Virus record (IMG/VR): IMGVR_UViG_3300002141_000156
Location: 1-64,000 of that record
Origin: a virus
DNA: 64,000 bases
Strand: one strand, 5' to 3'
Shown: piece by piece, positions 1-9,929 of the stretch
How the letters are laid out: every line of letters begins with the position of its first letter
How positions within the stretch are numbered: the stretch's first letter is position 1
Position numbers and translations under genes: made by a program
Notes under the pieces: model-generated
The model's database searches: none
Told to the model about the DNA's origin: nothing
The model's input: the letters and a program-made list of their open reading frames with translations, nothing else

Positions 1-150
1 CAAGGACCACAAGGTTCTACTGGAGCACAGGGTACTCAAGGACCACAAGGTTCTACTGGAGCACAGGGTACTCAAGGACCACAAGGTTCTACTGGAGCAC
101 AGGGTACTCAAGGACCACAAGGTTCTACTGGAGCACAGGGTACTCAAGGA
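1..150 (+). repeat. 36-bp perfect tandem repeat (at least 4 copies) encoding collagen triplets
   Basis: caaggaccacaaggttctactggagcacagggtact at 1, 37, 73 and 109, with a partial copy at 145. Confidence 0.95.
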
Positions 151-402
151 CCTCAAGGTAGTGGAACTGTCACAAACGTAACCGCAACCTTACCAATAAC
201 ATCAAGCGGAGGTGTAATACCTGACATTTCAACTTCAATGAACTCAAGTAGATTAATTGGTAGGTATACTGCAGGCTCTGGCGTAATGGAGGAGATTAAA
301 ATTGGTACAAATTTATCACTTAGTACAAATATTTTAAATGCTTCAACAGCTAATACCGTTTCTGCAGCAACAAATCTATTTAACTATTATAATTTTACAT
401 AA
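1..402 (+). CDS. 3' part of a collagen-like (Gly-X-Y) tail/decoration protein, truncated by the window start
   Basis: Frame 1 reads [12 protein letters not shown] x4, then [19 protein letters not shown]...NLFNYYNFT with TAA at 400-402. Missing from the ORF track because its start is outside the window. Confidence 0.85.
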   Translation, partial: QGPQGSTGAQGTQGPQGSTGAQGTQGPQGSTGAQGTQGPQGSTGAQGTQGPQGSGTVTNVTATLPITSSGGVIPDISTSMNSSRLIGRYTAGSGVMEEIKIGTNLSLSTNILNASTANTVSAATNLFNYYNFT

Positions 403-403
403 G

Positions 404-586
404 ATGATGACATACCTAGCTCCAGACGGATATATAATTAAAAGCAAAGACAGTCCACCAATTTACACTTGTGCTTGTGAAGACATGCATGATGGAACAT
501 ATGAAAGTTTTGAAACCACATTTGCTCCAACTGAAATAGGTATTCAACTATTACAATTTCATATAAAAACAAACATAAAAACATGA
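404..586 (+). CDS. small hypothetical protein with CxC motif, paralog of 583-837
   Basis: Start reassigned to ATG 404 (MMTYLAPDG), just after the upstream stop; it matches the neighbour's N-terminus MMTYTAPDG. Confidence 0.7.
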   Translation: MMTYLAPDGYIIKSKDSPPIYTCACEDMHDGTYESFETTFAPTEIGIQLLQFHIKTNIKT

Positions 587-837
587 TGACTTACACAGCC
601 CCAGATGGGCACATAATAGAATCTTTACCTTACCCACAAGAAGTCCTTTACGCATGTCCGTGTGAAGGAATAGTTGATGGTAAATATGAATCTTTAGAGA
701 CAACAGGGGCAGCAACAAATATAGGAATTCAGCAAATCAAGATTACAAGAATGGTTGAAAATAACACTATGAACTTATCAATCATAATGAGTTCTGATGC
801 AGAGCTGATTGATTATCAAAATAACAACACAATATAA
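583..837 (+). CDS. small hypothetical protein with CxC motif, paralog of 404-586
   Basis: ATGA overlap with upstream gene; shared MMTYxAPDG, YxCxCE and DGxYESxETT...TxIGIQ motifs. Confidence 0.75.
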   Translation: MMTYTAPDGHIIESLPYPQEVLYACPCEGIVDGKYESLETTGAATNIGIQQIKITRMVENNTMNLSIIMSSDAELIDYQNNNTI

Positions 838-1253
838 TGGCAGCAAACATCACACCAATATTTGTCCTTCAAGGAAACACCAAACCAGCAAGAATTGCAG
901 CAGCAAACACAGCAGCTGATGGATCAGGCACATTAGTAACTTTAATAACTGCAGGAGCAGATGGTGCTAGAGTAGATGGAGTACGATTTAGAAGTACAGA
1001 AGTATTTGCAACAAGTACTGCAAATGTGCACAGAATATTTCTTTCTGACACTGCTGGAACCAATGATAGACTTATAGGGGAAGTAGCAACAGCAACAGCA
1101 ACAAGAACTGCCACTGCTGTAGGTGCTACTTCAATTTTTACCTTTGATCAACCAATTATTATGTTGAGTGGCCAAATTATGTCTGTCAATCAATGTAATT
1201 ATGCTGGCACGCAAGATCAATTTGACGCATGTCCATTCGCAGGAGACTATTAA
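837..1253 (+). CDS. hypothetical Ala/Thr-rich virion accessory protein
   Basis: 138-aa ORF with TAATG coupling, beta-rich composition, located in a tail-accessory cluster. Confidence 0.6.
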   Translation: MAANITPIFVLQGNTKPARIAAANTAADGSGTLVTLITAGADGARVDGVRFRSTEVFATSTANVHRIFLSDTAGTNDRLIGEVATATATRTATAVGATSIFTFDQPIIMLSGQIMSVNQCNYAGTQDQFDACPFAGDY

Positions 1254-1256
1254 ACA

Positions 1257-2672
1257 ATGGCAGTTAGAACAATAGCAGCTGGAGGAGGTAATTGGAATGC
1301 TACTGCAACGTGGATGGAAGGCATAGTGCCTATTGCTGGTGACACTGTATTTGCAGCTGTCACCTCAGGTCAATTAACTGTCAATGTTGCCTCTGCTTGC
1401 ACATCCATAAATTTTACAAATTACACAAACACATTAACCATGAATGCTACTTTAAGCGTTGGTGGTAGTGTTACACTTGTTGCTGCAATGACTATAACAG
1501 GTACAGGAATACTCAGTATTACTGCAGCTGCAACAATGACATCAAACGGAAAAACATGGACAGGTGCATTAACTTTGTTTGGTGGATCACATTCATTTGG
1601 AGATAATTGGACTGTCACAGGTCTTTTAACCACAACAACAAATACAACTCTTAACAACAATAGCATAACCTGTAATGGAGGAATAAGAGTTAATGGAGGT
1701 ACAACAGTTGGATCTTGTATTATAAAACTTGGTGGTGGTACATGGTCAGCCAGGTCGATAACATCTGCTATTAGAAATCCATTTCAGTTTGTCGGTGATT
1801 GTACTGTTTCAGGACAGGTGGCTTTTTACAATAATACAATGACATGGGTTTCAGGAGCCATTACAACAACTGGTTCGCAATTATTTATTCAGGCTGCTGC
1901 TACTACCTTAAACACATCAGGTATGACATGGTTTAATGTTCGTTTTACCAGTGCAGTAACACATACTTTAACATCAAATCTTAATTTATCAAGTAATTTA
2001 GTTCTTGGATCAACAACCGGTACCACAACAATAAATGGAAATACAATAAATGTTGGTAATGGTATTACAATGGGAGGCACTACTACAATAATAACTGGAA
2101 CTACAAACATTAAAATAACAGGAGGAACTATTGCTGGAATATCTACTACTCAATTAAGAAATAATCTTGAAATAGCAGGAGATGTAACAATATCTAATTC
2201 AGCAGACTTTCGCTATAACACAGGTACCTTAACATACACTTCTGGAAAAGTTACAACTACAGGAAGTACTTTATTAATAGCACTAGCAACAACCCTAATA
2301 AACATGGATAAGATAGCATGGAATATAGTGAATGTGACTGCAGGTGTAACTTTAACCATGAATAAATTTTTTAGTGGAAGTCCAAAACAAAAAACAACAA
2401 TGCGGTCTGTTACATCAGGTACAGCCTATACAATTACTTTTCAAGACACTTTTGAAAAAACAGCAAAATTTGTAAAAGTATCAGACTGTAGTTTAACAAG
2501 AAAAGGACAATTACTCATGTTAACTCCTAACTCAGATAAAGGAGGCAACTCTGGCATTAGATACATAAACCAATCACCAAATGGCATAGCTAAAAATTCT
2601 CCATCAGTTGTAGATCCTATTACATATCCATCATTTGGATTAGTTGCAGATCCTTGTTTTATTTCACTTTGA
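1257..2672 (+). CDS. Thr/Gly-rich beta-solenoid, adhesin-like virion protein
   Basis: N-terminal GGGNWNATATW..G.VP..GD motif and repeating T/S/N/G beta-strand pattern with internal repeats (LTSNGKTW, LNTSGMTW; YNNTMTWVSG, YNTGTLTYTSG). Confidence 0.55.
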   Translation: MAVRTIAAGGGNWNATATWMEGIVPIAGDTVFAAVTSGQLTVNVASACTSINFTNYTNTLTMNATLSVGGSVTLVAAMTITGTGILSITAAATMTSNGKTWTGALTLFGGSHSFGDNWTVTGLLTTTTNTTLNNNSITCNGGIRVNGGTTVGSCIIKLGGGTWSARSITSAIRNPFQFVGDCTVSGQVAFYNNTMTWVSGAITTTGSQLFIQAAATTLNTSGMTWFNVRFTSAVTHTLTSNLNLSSNLVLGSTTGTTTINGNTINVGNGITMGGTTTIITGTTNIKITGGTIAGISTTQLRNNLEIAGDVTISNSADFRYNTGTLTYTSGKVTTTGSTLLIALATTLINMDKIAWNIVNVTAGVTLTMNKFFSGSPKQKTTMRSVTSGTAYTITFQDTFEKTAKFVKVSDCSLTRKGQLLMLTPNSDKGGNSGIRYINQSPNGIAKNSPSVVDPITYPSFGLVADPCFISL

Positions 2673-2679
2673 TAAATAA
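2671..2679 (+). promoter_or_regulatory. putative late promoter GATAAATAA
   Basis: Variant of the T4 late promoter TATAAATA, about 25 nt upstream of the amidase; same motif precedes structural genes. Confidence 0.5.
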
Positions 2680-2704
2680 ACCCATGAATTAAAAAAAATA
2701 AAGT

Positions 2705-3373
2705 ATGATGACACAAAAAATACAAATCAAAGAACACTTCATGGACAAGGCACAGTACCTTGTTGGTAGTGGAAAAAAAGAATGGATATTCCTGCACCAC
2801 ACAGCAGGATGGGATAATCCATTTGGAACTATTGATGGATGGAATAAAGATACGAGGGGACAGATAGCAACGGAATTTGTGTTAGGTGGTGAAAACATTA
2901 AGAAAAAAGAACATATTCACGATGGGGTAATTGCACAGGCATTTCCATCAGGAAATTACGGCTGGCATCTTGGTACTGGAAATAGCCTAATGCACAGAAA
3001 TTCAGTAGGCATTGAGATATGTTCCTTTGGTCAGGTTGTGAAGGGAAAGAACTATGTCAACATTGCTGTACCGGAGGAGCAGACAGTAAAACTCGATAAA
3101 GCATTTCGCGGATTTCAGCACTGGCACAGGTATTCTGACAAGCAGTTAGAGAGCCTAAAAGAGTTGATTCTGTTTATTGCCAACAGAGATAGTATAGACC
3201 CAAGAAAAGGACTGGTTGAATTAATAAAAGAAAAAGGTGCAGAGGCGTTTAATGTTATGGATGTAGCTATGTGTTCAAAAAAACCGGGAATGTGGACTCA
3301 CACAAACGTTTTGAAGGGAAAAGTTGACTGCAGTCCACAACAGAACTTGATAGATATGTTATTAAGTTTATAA
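2705..3373 (+). CDS. N-acetylmuramoyl-L-alanine amidase (Amidase_2 type), putative endolysin
   Basis: IFLHHTAG Zn motif, WHLG, SVGIEIC, YSDKQLESL and a C-terminal H...KVDC motif. Confidence 0.85.
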   Translation: MMTQKIQIKEHFMDKAQYLVGSGKKEWIFLHHTAGWDNPFGTIDGWNKDTRGQIATEFVLGGENIKKKEHIHDGVIAQAFPSGNYGWHLGTGNSLMHRNSVGIEICSFGQVVKGKNYVNIAVPEEQTVKLDKAFRGFQHWHRYSDKQLESLKELILFIANRDSIDPRKGLVELIKEKGAEAFNVMDVAMCSKKPGMWTHTNVLKGKVDCSPQQNLIDMLLSL

Positions 3374-3392
3374 AAATAGGTGTATGCTATGC

Positions 3393-4469
3393 CTAGCTCG
3401 TAGAAAGTTCATTAAATCTAATATTAAGAGCAGCAGCATATTGTTCACGGATTTTTGCAAAACACGGCCATAGGATCTCTGCATGTTTAGTCCAAGTATT
3501 TGTGCCAAATCTCTGAATATAAAGCATTTCGTCAATATGATGGATACGACTAGCCAAGAACATTCTAATCATTATATCATAATCATCTGCCCATACAAGA
3601 TTGCGATATCCTCCAATTTCTTTTAAGACCGTTGCTCTAAATGCACGTACGTGATTTGGACAGATTGGCATATTATTGATTACCCAGTCTTCGCCATATT
3701 CCAATTTACATTTTCCCATTACATTATTTGCCACACCTTCTTTTAAAGTTAGACCATTCCATTTAGTATCACGATATTTCCAGTATTCTGCAGAGTAGGT
3801 ATGTGAGTTAGCGGTATACTGCCACCATTCAGCGCAATTTGAATAAACCATCCCGACTTCCGGTCGAGCTTCAAATTCTTCTTGAATTCTAGCTAGCGCA
3901 TTCAGCGTTAAAAAATCGTCATGGTCTAGTTCAACTAAATATTTTCCACGGCAGAGTGAAGTGGCGGCTCCTTTTAAATAACCAATACGTCCAACCTTTG
4001 GAAATTTAAAGATTCTGATTCTAGGATCTTGTAACATCTCTAGAAGAGCAACAGTATCATCTTGTGAACCATCATCTACTATAACCCATTCCCAATTTTG
4101 CAAAGTTTGTAATTGAACACTTGCAGCAGTTTGAAGAATGAACTCTCGCGAATTATGAGTCGGCGTAAAAATAGAAATAAGTTCAGCATCTGATGCCGTA
4201 TATCCATAATACACATTCTGTACTGCAATTAATAATTCATCTGTCGTTGGAACTATATCAAGATGAATCCAGCGCCGCCTAAAGAAACTAGGTAAAGTAT
4301 TTAGATAGCCCCAGTCTTTTTCACCAACCGTCACAATAGCATCCCATTCCTGTTTACAAAGAAGGCGGCGAAGTGCATCACTAGTTTGAGCAATTGAAAC
4401 CCTTAATGGCGAATCGGTATATTTTTCGGAAAGATCAGGTGATGTGCCATATACTAATACTGAGTACAT
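3393..4469 (-). CDS. glycosyltransferase family 2
   Basis: LISIFTPTHN, WEWVIVDDGSQD, ELDHDD (DxD) and ADDYD motifs. Confidence 0.9.
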   Translation of the reverse strand: MYSVLVYGTSPDLSEKYTDSPLRVSIAQTSDALRRLLCKQEWDAIVTVGEKDWGYLNTLPSFFRRRWIHLDIVPTTDELLIAVQNVYYGYTASDAELISIFTPTHNSREFILQTAASVQLQTLQNWEWVIVDDGSQDDTVALLEMLQDPRIRIFKFPKVGRIGYLKGAATSLCRGKYLVELDHDDFLTLNALARIQEEFEARPEVGMVYSNCAEWWQYTANSHTYSAEYWKYRDTKWNGLTLKEGVANNVMGKCKLEYGEDWVINNMPICPNHVRAFRATVLKEIGGYRNLVWADDYDIMIRMFLASRIHHIDEMLYIQRFGTNTWTKHAEILWPCFAKIREQYAAALNIRFNELSTS

Positions 4470-4484
4470 TATGTTTAAATTATT

Positions 4485-6158
4485 TTAGTGACCAATTTTA
4501 GTGATTTGCATCTCTGAAAAGTGGTCTTGTGTTTTTACAAATATTTTAGAAGTAAAAAATTCTTCAGGTAGGGATTCATGTGATACTACAAAAATAGTCA
4601 TATTGTATTTTTGTGAGTATTCTTTAAGTATTTCAATTGCCTTATATACATTATTCTTGTCAAGAGAACTAAATATCTCATCTAGGAATAGAATATTCAT
4701 TTTGCCGTGTTTCATCTTAATAATCTCAATAAAAGCAAGTAGAACAATCAAGTTCATCTTTTTACGCTGACCGCTGGAGAGACTCTCTGGCGAAATTTCC
4801 ATTCCAAGATAAGCAATTGTTGGATTGAATTCATTATCAAATTGAAATTGAAACTTAAATTCTAGTTTTTCAGATATTTCCTGAATCCTAGAATTTAGTG
4901 TTGGAATTATCTTATCAATTAAAGTCTTCTTAATTCCAGAGTCAGATAATAATTCGTCTAAAATATTAAAAAGATTGAGTTCTTGACCTTTATTTGTTGC
5001 AGTAGCTGAATCTGTTTCAATTTCTGATTGAATTGATGAGATAATTGTTTCAATTGAACCAGTTTCATCAGATTCTAGTAAAGTCGCAGTTTTCTGTAAT
5101 TCTGTTTCAAGAACCTGAAGGTCAGCAGCAATCTTATAATACTCTGACTTTGAATTATTTTGGTCATTAATATAAGTATTTAGAGTCTCAGTCATATCAG
5201 AAAAAGATTTTCTAAGTATTGGAAGTTTCTCTTCAAGTAATTTTTTCTTAGCTGTAATAATATCCTTAGTCTTAATTGATGAATTTGTAGTTAAGTCATT
5301 TAGACAATGTGGACACCGATTCTTCTGATAAAGATCAGCTTTTTCTGCAAGATCAGTAATTGATGTTTTGATTGTACTCAGTTCATCGCGTACTCCATTT
5401 AAACTTTTTTGAAAGTCGTCAACTCTGGTCTTTAACCCAGAATATGATGATTTAATAGTGTTTAGATCTTCTTTTTTAGTTTCAATCTTGGTTCTTAAAT
5501 TATCTGATTGTGATTCTTTCTTTTTAGTTAATCGATCTTTAAGTTGTGTAAGTTGATCGATTGAAGTATTTAAAGTAAATGCGTTTTTACTGATCTGTGA
5601 ATTCAGAATCTCAAGATCCTTTTTACTCTGTTTTAGGTCCTCTTTTACAACGGCTCGCATATCAGTTAAGATATCGATTCCAAAAATTCGGTCGACTATT
5701 TTTCGCTTATCAGACTGACTTAAGTTAACAAATGATTTAAAATCATCGAATGATAAACTAATAGTATTACAAAATACCGAAAATGGTATTCTGGCAAGTT
5801 CCTCTTCAATAAATTCATCGACTTTTCTCTTATCTGGTAAATTGAATGGTGCTCCATTTATTTTAATATCACTAAAGTTTGGATCGATGCCGCGATCGAC
5901 ATCAACTGTATCTCCAGAATTAGTAATAAATTTAATATTTGTGTAGGCATTTCGATTAATCCAATTTGGAATATCTTTCATCTTACGAATCGCAGATTTT
6001 CCATAAATAGCGATCGTTAGCGCTTCTTTAATTGCCGATTTTCCAGCACCATTTTCTCCTTCGACTAGAATAAGCTGTGGCTCATCACTAAATTTAAAAG
6101 TTTGCAAAAGGTTGCCATACGACAGGATATTTTTATATGAAAATTCTAATAATTTCAT
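4485..6158 (-). CDS. recombination endonuclease ATPase subunit (T4 gp46 / Rad50-SbcC-like)
   Basis: Walker A GENGAGKS, coiled coil with CPHC zinc hook, LSSGQ signature, Walker B LFLDE, VSH. Confidence 0.93.
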   Translation of the reverse strand: MKLLEFSYKNILSYGNLLQTFKFSDEPQLILVEGENGAGKSAIKEALTIAIYGKSAIRKMKDIPNWINRNAYTNIKFITNSGDTVDVDRGIDPNFSDIKINGAPFNLPDKRKVDEFIEEELARIPFSVFCNTISLSFDDFKSFVNLSQSDKRKIVDRIFGIDILTDMRAVVKEDLKQSKKDLEILNSQISKNAFTLNTSIDQLTQLKDRLTKKKESQSDNLRTKIETKKEDLNTIKSSYSGLKTRVDDFQKSLNGVRDELSTIKTSITDLAEKADLYQKNRCPHCLNDLTTNSSIKTKDIITAKKKLLEEKLPILRKSFSDMTETLNTYINDQNNSKSEYYKIAADLQVLETELQKTATLLESDETGSIETIISSIQSEIETDSATATNKGQELNLFNILDELLSDSGIKKTLIDKIIPTLNSRIQEISEKLEFKFQFQFDNEFNPTIAYLGMEISPESLSSGQRKKMNLIVLLAFIEIIKMKHGKMNILFLDEIFSSLDKNNVYKAIEILKEYSQKYNMTIFVVSHESLPEEFFTSKIFVKTQDHFSEMQITKIGH

Positions 6159-7270
6159 TGTTCGTAACTTTTATTGTTCTTTAAATCGTCATATATTTTC
6201 TTAAAACTATCAACGACTTGTGTAGAGATATCTGGTGCATAATTTGCTTCCTTAATTTTTGCATCAAGTATTGTGAAAATATTATATTCGTAATTTGAAT
6301 CGGTTTCAATATCACTCTTACTTTGTAATTGGTCGAGAGTATATGAAAAGAATTCAAGACGCCGACAACCTGCATCTTTAATAAGTTCCGTAAATTTGGT
6401 TATTGGAAATCGTAATGAAAATGAAGATTCTATTGTAACATCAACAAAGTTATTCTTTACCAGGTCTCGTAGTTGTTGAGTATTGAAATTTAGAAGATCG
6501 GTAATATCAAACTTTAGGTGGCGAGGAGAAACCGTATTTTCAATAAATTTTTCAATAATTGTGTCTTCTGAATCTGCATAAAGTACATAGAAACCCTTGG
6601 TGTTACCTCTATCGCCTCTATCCATTTCATAAGGTGTTCCTACATAAAGAACATTGTTTTTATCTTGGCGAATATGTATGTGTCCTGAATAGACGCGCTT
6701 AAATGACTTTAAATCATCACTATCTAGTCCATGAGTAAGTTTTGTTGCTCTATTCAAAGAAAATCCCTGAACATCAGCATGGCAGAAAATATAGTCGGCC
6801 GCTGAATTAACGCGAACCGCCTCTTTCAATTCAGCAACGTTTTCTATCCAAGGAAGAATTAAAAATTTATGAGAATTAATTTGAAGTATTTCAGGAGTCT
6901 CAAAGATATGAAAGTTTGGGTACATTATATCATAACCCTTTAGAGAGTGAACATCGATTCGATCTTTATAATAGACATCATGGTTTCCCAAAAAGAAATA
7001 GACACCCCGCTTAAATTTTTGACAGAGTTGTCGAGCGATTTCTTGAGAAATATCTTGAATTCGAACATTTGTTGATTCCCGAACATGATTCCAATCACCA
7101 GTCTGAACTAGGATATCTCGGTCTGGGTCAAATCCTTCTTCATCAACCCTCTTTAAGAAAAAATCAAGAAGAAAGTCGGTCTGAATATCAGACCATTCGA
7201 CAGAGTTGTTTCGTACGCCTAGATGCAGATCGCCAAGAACAAATATCTTACGTATATTTTCTAATATCAT
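6155..7270 (-). CDS. recombination endonuclease nuclease subunit (T4 gp47 / Mre11-SbcD-like)
   Basis: GDLHLG, GD, GNHD and SGHIH phosphoesterase motifs; adjacent to gp46. Confidence 0.93.
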   Translation of the reverse strand: MILENIRKIFVLGDLHLGVRNNSVEWSDIQTDFLLDFFLKRVDEEGFDPDRDILVQTGDWNHVRESTNVRIQDISQEIARQLCQKFKRGVYFFLGNHDVYYKDRIDVHSLKGYDIMYPNFHIFETPEILQINSHKFLILPWIENVAELKEAVRVNSAADYIFCHADVQGFSLNRATKLTHGLDSDDLKSFKRVYSGHIHIRQDKNNVLYVGTPYEMDRGDRGNTKGFYVLYADSEDTIIEKFIENTVSPRHLKFDITDLLNFNTQQLRDLVKNNFVDVTIESSFSLRFPITKFTELIKDAGCRRLEFFSYTLDQLQSKSDIETDSNYEYNIFTILDAKIKEANYAPDISTQVVDSFKKIYDDLKNNKSYEQ

Positions 7271-7494
7271 CCTTGATCTGCAAGTTTATCAATGTCAATT
7301 ATTTGAGCAAGACTTTCTAGCTTATCAAGAACATCAACTGTCTCTTGAGCAGTAGAAAAAGAATAAGTAATTGGTAAGATTGAATTCGCATCATAAAATG
7401 TGATATCAGTCGAAGCGGTCTGCAGTATTCTATAAACCTGTTCAAGATTAATATAGTCTGCACCAATTGTGTGTGTTAGTTTAATCCAAATCAT
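7267..7494 (-). CDS. hypothetical protein
   Basis: 75-aa ORF overlapping both neighbours in operon fashion. Confidence 0.65.
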   Translation of the reverse strand: MIWIKLTHTIGADYINLEQVYRILQTASTDITFYDANSILPITYSFSTAQETVDVLDKLESLAQIIDIDKLADQG

Positions 7495-8105
7495 TAGTGT
7501 ATTCTTTTTTTATGCATTTTTCCTTCAAGGAATTTATATTTCTTATTTAGCTCAGTTAGAAGTAGCTCCTGAATTTCTGTTTCAAAAGTATCAAACAATT
7601 TCTTATACTCAATTGATGTAATTGAAGAAATTACTTCAAGTATATAAATTGGACTAAAAAACATGGCAACATCTGTTTTTAATTCAATTTTTGTGTTTAT
7701 ATGATTAAAAATAAAGTTTATATCATCTTTTGACAATTTTGGCTTTACAATAAATGGATTAGGCGAAGCTCGCTTAAGGATCTTAGTAATATGTGGGTCG
7801 TTTTGTAAGAATGAGAAAATTGTATCAAGGATTATACGTATTTCAAGCTGTTCTTCATAATTATAGATATCACGTAAATATGCATCTGAATATGAAGAAT
7901 TCACTGATATTCCACGAGAAAGAGAATATTCTTCTGTCTCAGGTAAACCATCTCCGCTATTATACCGATTATTAAATATTTTATCCTCACGGACAATTGC
8001 AATATTTACTGAGTCAACTTCAGGCTCAGTCTCAGGTTCAGTGTCATCAAAGTGACTTAATTCTTCTTCTTCTTCTTCTAATTCTTCATTTTCATCGACG
8101 ATCAT
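7494..8105 (-). CDS. hypothetical protein with acidic N-terminus
   Basis: 203-aa ORF between helicase and gp47. Confidence 0.7.
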   Translation of the reverse strand: MIVDENEELEEEEEELSHFDDTEPETEPEVDSVNIAIVREDKIFNNRYNSGDGLPETEEYSLSRGISVNSSYSDAYLRDIYNYEEQLEIRIILDTIFSFLQNDPHITKILKRASPNPFIVKPKLSKDDINFIFNHINTKIELKTDVAMFFSPIYILEVISSITSIEYKKLFDTFETEIQELLLTELNKKYKFLEGKMHKKRIH

Positions 8106-8121
8106 TTATGGTTTAATTATT

Positions 8122-9603
8122 TTATAGTGAATTAAAGAGAGCATCATATTCATCTTCAATCACCGGCTTTGCAGAAATTGCATCTTCTGACTTGATTTCT
8201 GAGTATTCATTACGTAATTGGTCTTCTAATTTATTTGCTTCATCATCATCACTATAGAATTCACTATTCATTCCAGACTCTTCGGATAATCTAAAATAGT
8301 CTTTGACCATTGTGTAAAATTTATAGCTTTCTTCATATCCATTATCACGATTTGCAATTGCTTTAATTTTCATTCGACTTTCTAATGGGCTTCGCATTAA
8401 TCCAAATAAGGAATCAACCGTATGAATAAGACCAAATGATTCAGCAACGGATTCCATTCCCAAGTCAAAGTTACCAACATCTTCACGTTTTACTTGAGTC
8501 GCACTAATAATACACCATTCATTTCTCATTGCAACTCCACGAAGTTCTTCAGAAATTGCTTTGATTTTTTCATATAGACCATTTTGATCTTTAAGTGGTC
8601 GCATCAAATTAAGATAATCAACAACAATCACTCTAAACTTTTTATTATGTCTGTTTTCAAGACGTAGAAAATGGTTTTCTATATCAATTGCAGTTGCACC
8701 GCCAGTCGAAAATTCCATTAAGTGAAGATCTCCCTTTAGCTGACCCGAGTCACGCATTGCAATTATTTTATCTTGAACAAGTTTTGCGGCAGCAGCATCT
8801 GTAATTCCAGCGTAATCATCAGATCGAATATTTAAGATATTTGAACCTATGCGTTTCATATATGATCTAGCAGAAAGCTCAACTGTTACTAATCCAGTAG
8901 TATTTCCAATCTGAAACGATCGGGCGGCAATATTTCCAAGAACCATTGATTTACCAACCTTTGGTCGACCTTGAAAAACAACCAGTGTTTTTGGATTCCA
9001 GCCGCCACCTAATACTTTATCAAAAAACTGAAATCCAGTCGGACTGCCGTTTTTAGGTAATTGTACATGGGCTAAATGGTCAAAGAAATTTAAGCCAGTA
9101 TCTCCGCTTGAAAAATTAACAGCAAGTTTACTGCTAATATCGTTTCTTACTTTCTCAGAAATCTTATCAATATTTTCAGGATCAATTGATGTAGTCTTTA
9201 AGTAAGTGAGAAGATCAAATACAGTAAGATTAAGATTTCTAAGTAATATGAAAGATCTGACATATTTGTAAAGATAGTCATAATTATATTCGCGTAAATT
9301 AAACGCATAAAGTTCATCAAATTCTTCATCTTCAATTGAGGTGTGTGTTAATTCTAAATAACTTTTTAATTCTTTACGATTTGGTATTTTTTCATATTCT
9401 CTAAAAAATTTAAGAGCAAGTTTAAATGATTCATTTCGAGCATCTTCATTGAAGTAGCTTGGTCGAACCATTACAATTAATTCTTCTCGACGTAGTGAAT
9501 CATGATTCTTTGGTTTTGATTCATTACTTTCGTTGTCTTCATTTAGAATGAAGTTCCACACCATTTTTTCGAGTGAATCAATATTTTCGGTAAAATCAAT
9601 CAT
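8122..9603 (-). CDS. replicative DNA helicase (T4 gp41 / DnaB-like)
   Basis: Walker A GRPKVGKS, IVVDYLNLM, ISATQ and AESFGL motifs. Confidence 0.93.
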   Translation of the reverse strand: MIDFTENIDSLEKMVWNFILNEDNESNESKPKNHDSLRREELIVMVRPSYFNEDARNESFKLALKFFREYEKIPNRKELKSYLELTHTSIEDEEFDELYAFNLREYNYDYLYKYVRSFILLRNLNLTVFDLLTYLKTTSIDPENIDKISEKVRNDISSKLAVNFSSGDTGLNFFDHLAHVQLPKNGSPTGFQFFDKVLGGGWNPKTLVVFQGRPKVGKSMVLGNIAARSFQIGNTTGLVTVELSARSYMKRIGSNILNIRSDDYAGITDAAAAKLVQDKIIAMRDSGQLKGDLHLMEFSTGGATAIDIENHFLRLENRHNKKFRVIVVDYLNLMRPLKDQNGLYEKIKAISEELRGVAMRNEWCIISATQVKREDVGNFDLGMESVAESFGLIHTVDSLFGLMRSPLESRMKIKAIANRDNGYEESYKFYTMVKDYFRLSEESGMNSEFYSDDDEANKLEDQLRNEYSEIKSEDAISAKPVIEDEYDALFNSL

Positions 9604-9929
9604 TGTATTATATAAAAGTGAGTTAGTCCATTTTGTGTAATATACATAGTTTCACCATCCACCCTAAGATTTTCCGATAAAATTAAGCTCTTTATTCTTT
9701 TAACTAGATTTTGCTTAAAGGTTTCATCATTTAGCCTATCACCAAACACATATTTTAATGATTTTGACGAAAACTTTAGATTTTCAATAGTTAACTGCTT
9801 TTGTTTTATCTCAATAACCTTAATTATGTATTGGATTATGTCAAAGAGGATTGCAAGATCATCTTGTAAAACATCATCGGCATGAACATTAAGATAATAC
9901 TTTATTGGAAGATCAGAGCGCAGTTTCAT
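9600..9929 (-). CDS. hypothetical protein
   Basis: 109-aa ORF overlapping the recombinase C-half and the helicase. Confidence 0.65.
   Translation of the reverse strand: MKLRSDLPIKYYLNVHADDVLQDDLAILFDIIQYIIKVIEIKQKQLTIENLKFSSKSLKYVFGDRLNDETFKQNLVKRIKSLILSENLRVDGETMYITQNGLTHFYIIQ

Noticed and set aside
1-150. 36-bp repeats as a CRISPR array
   Set aside because: The repeats are head-to-tail with no spacers and encode in-frame Gly-X-Y triplets
338-403. ORF-track start at 338
   Set aside because: It overlaps the collagen gene; paralog alignment supports ATG 404
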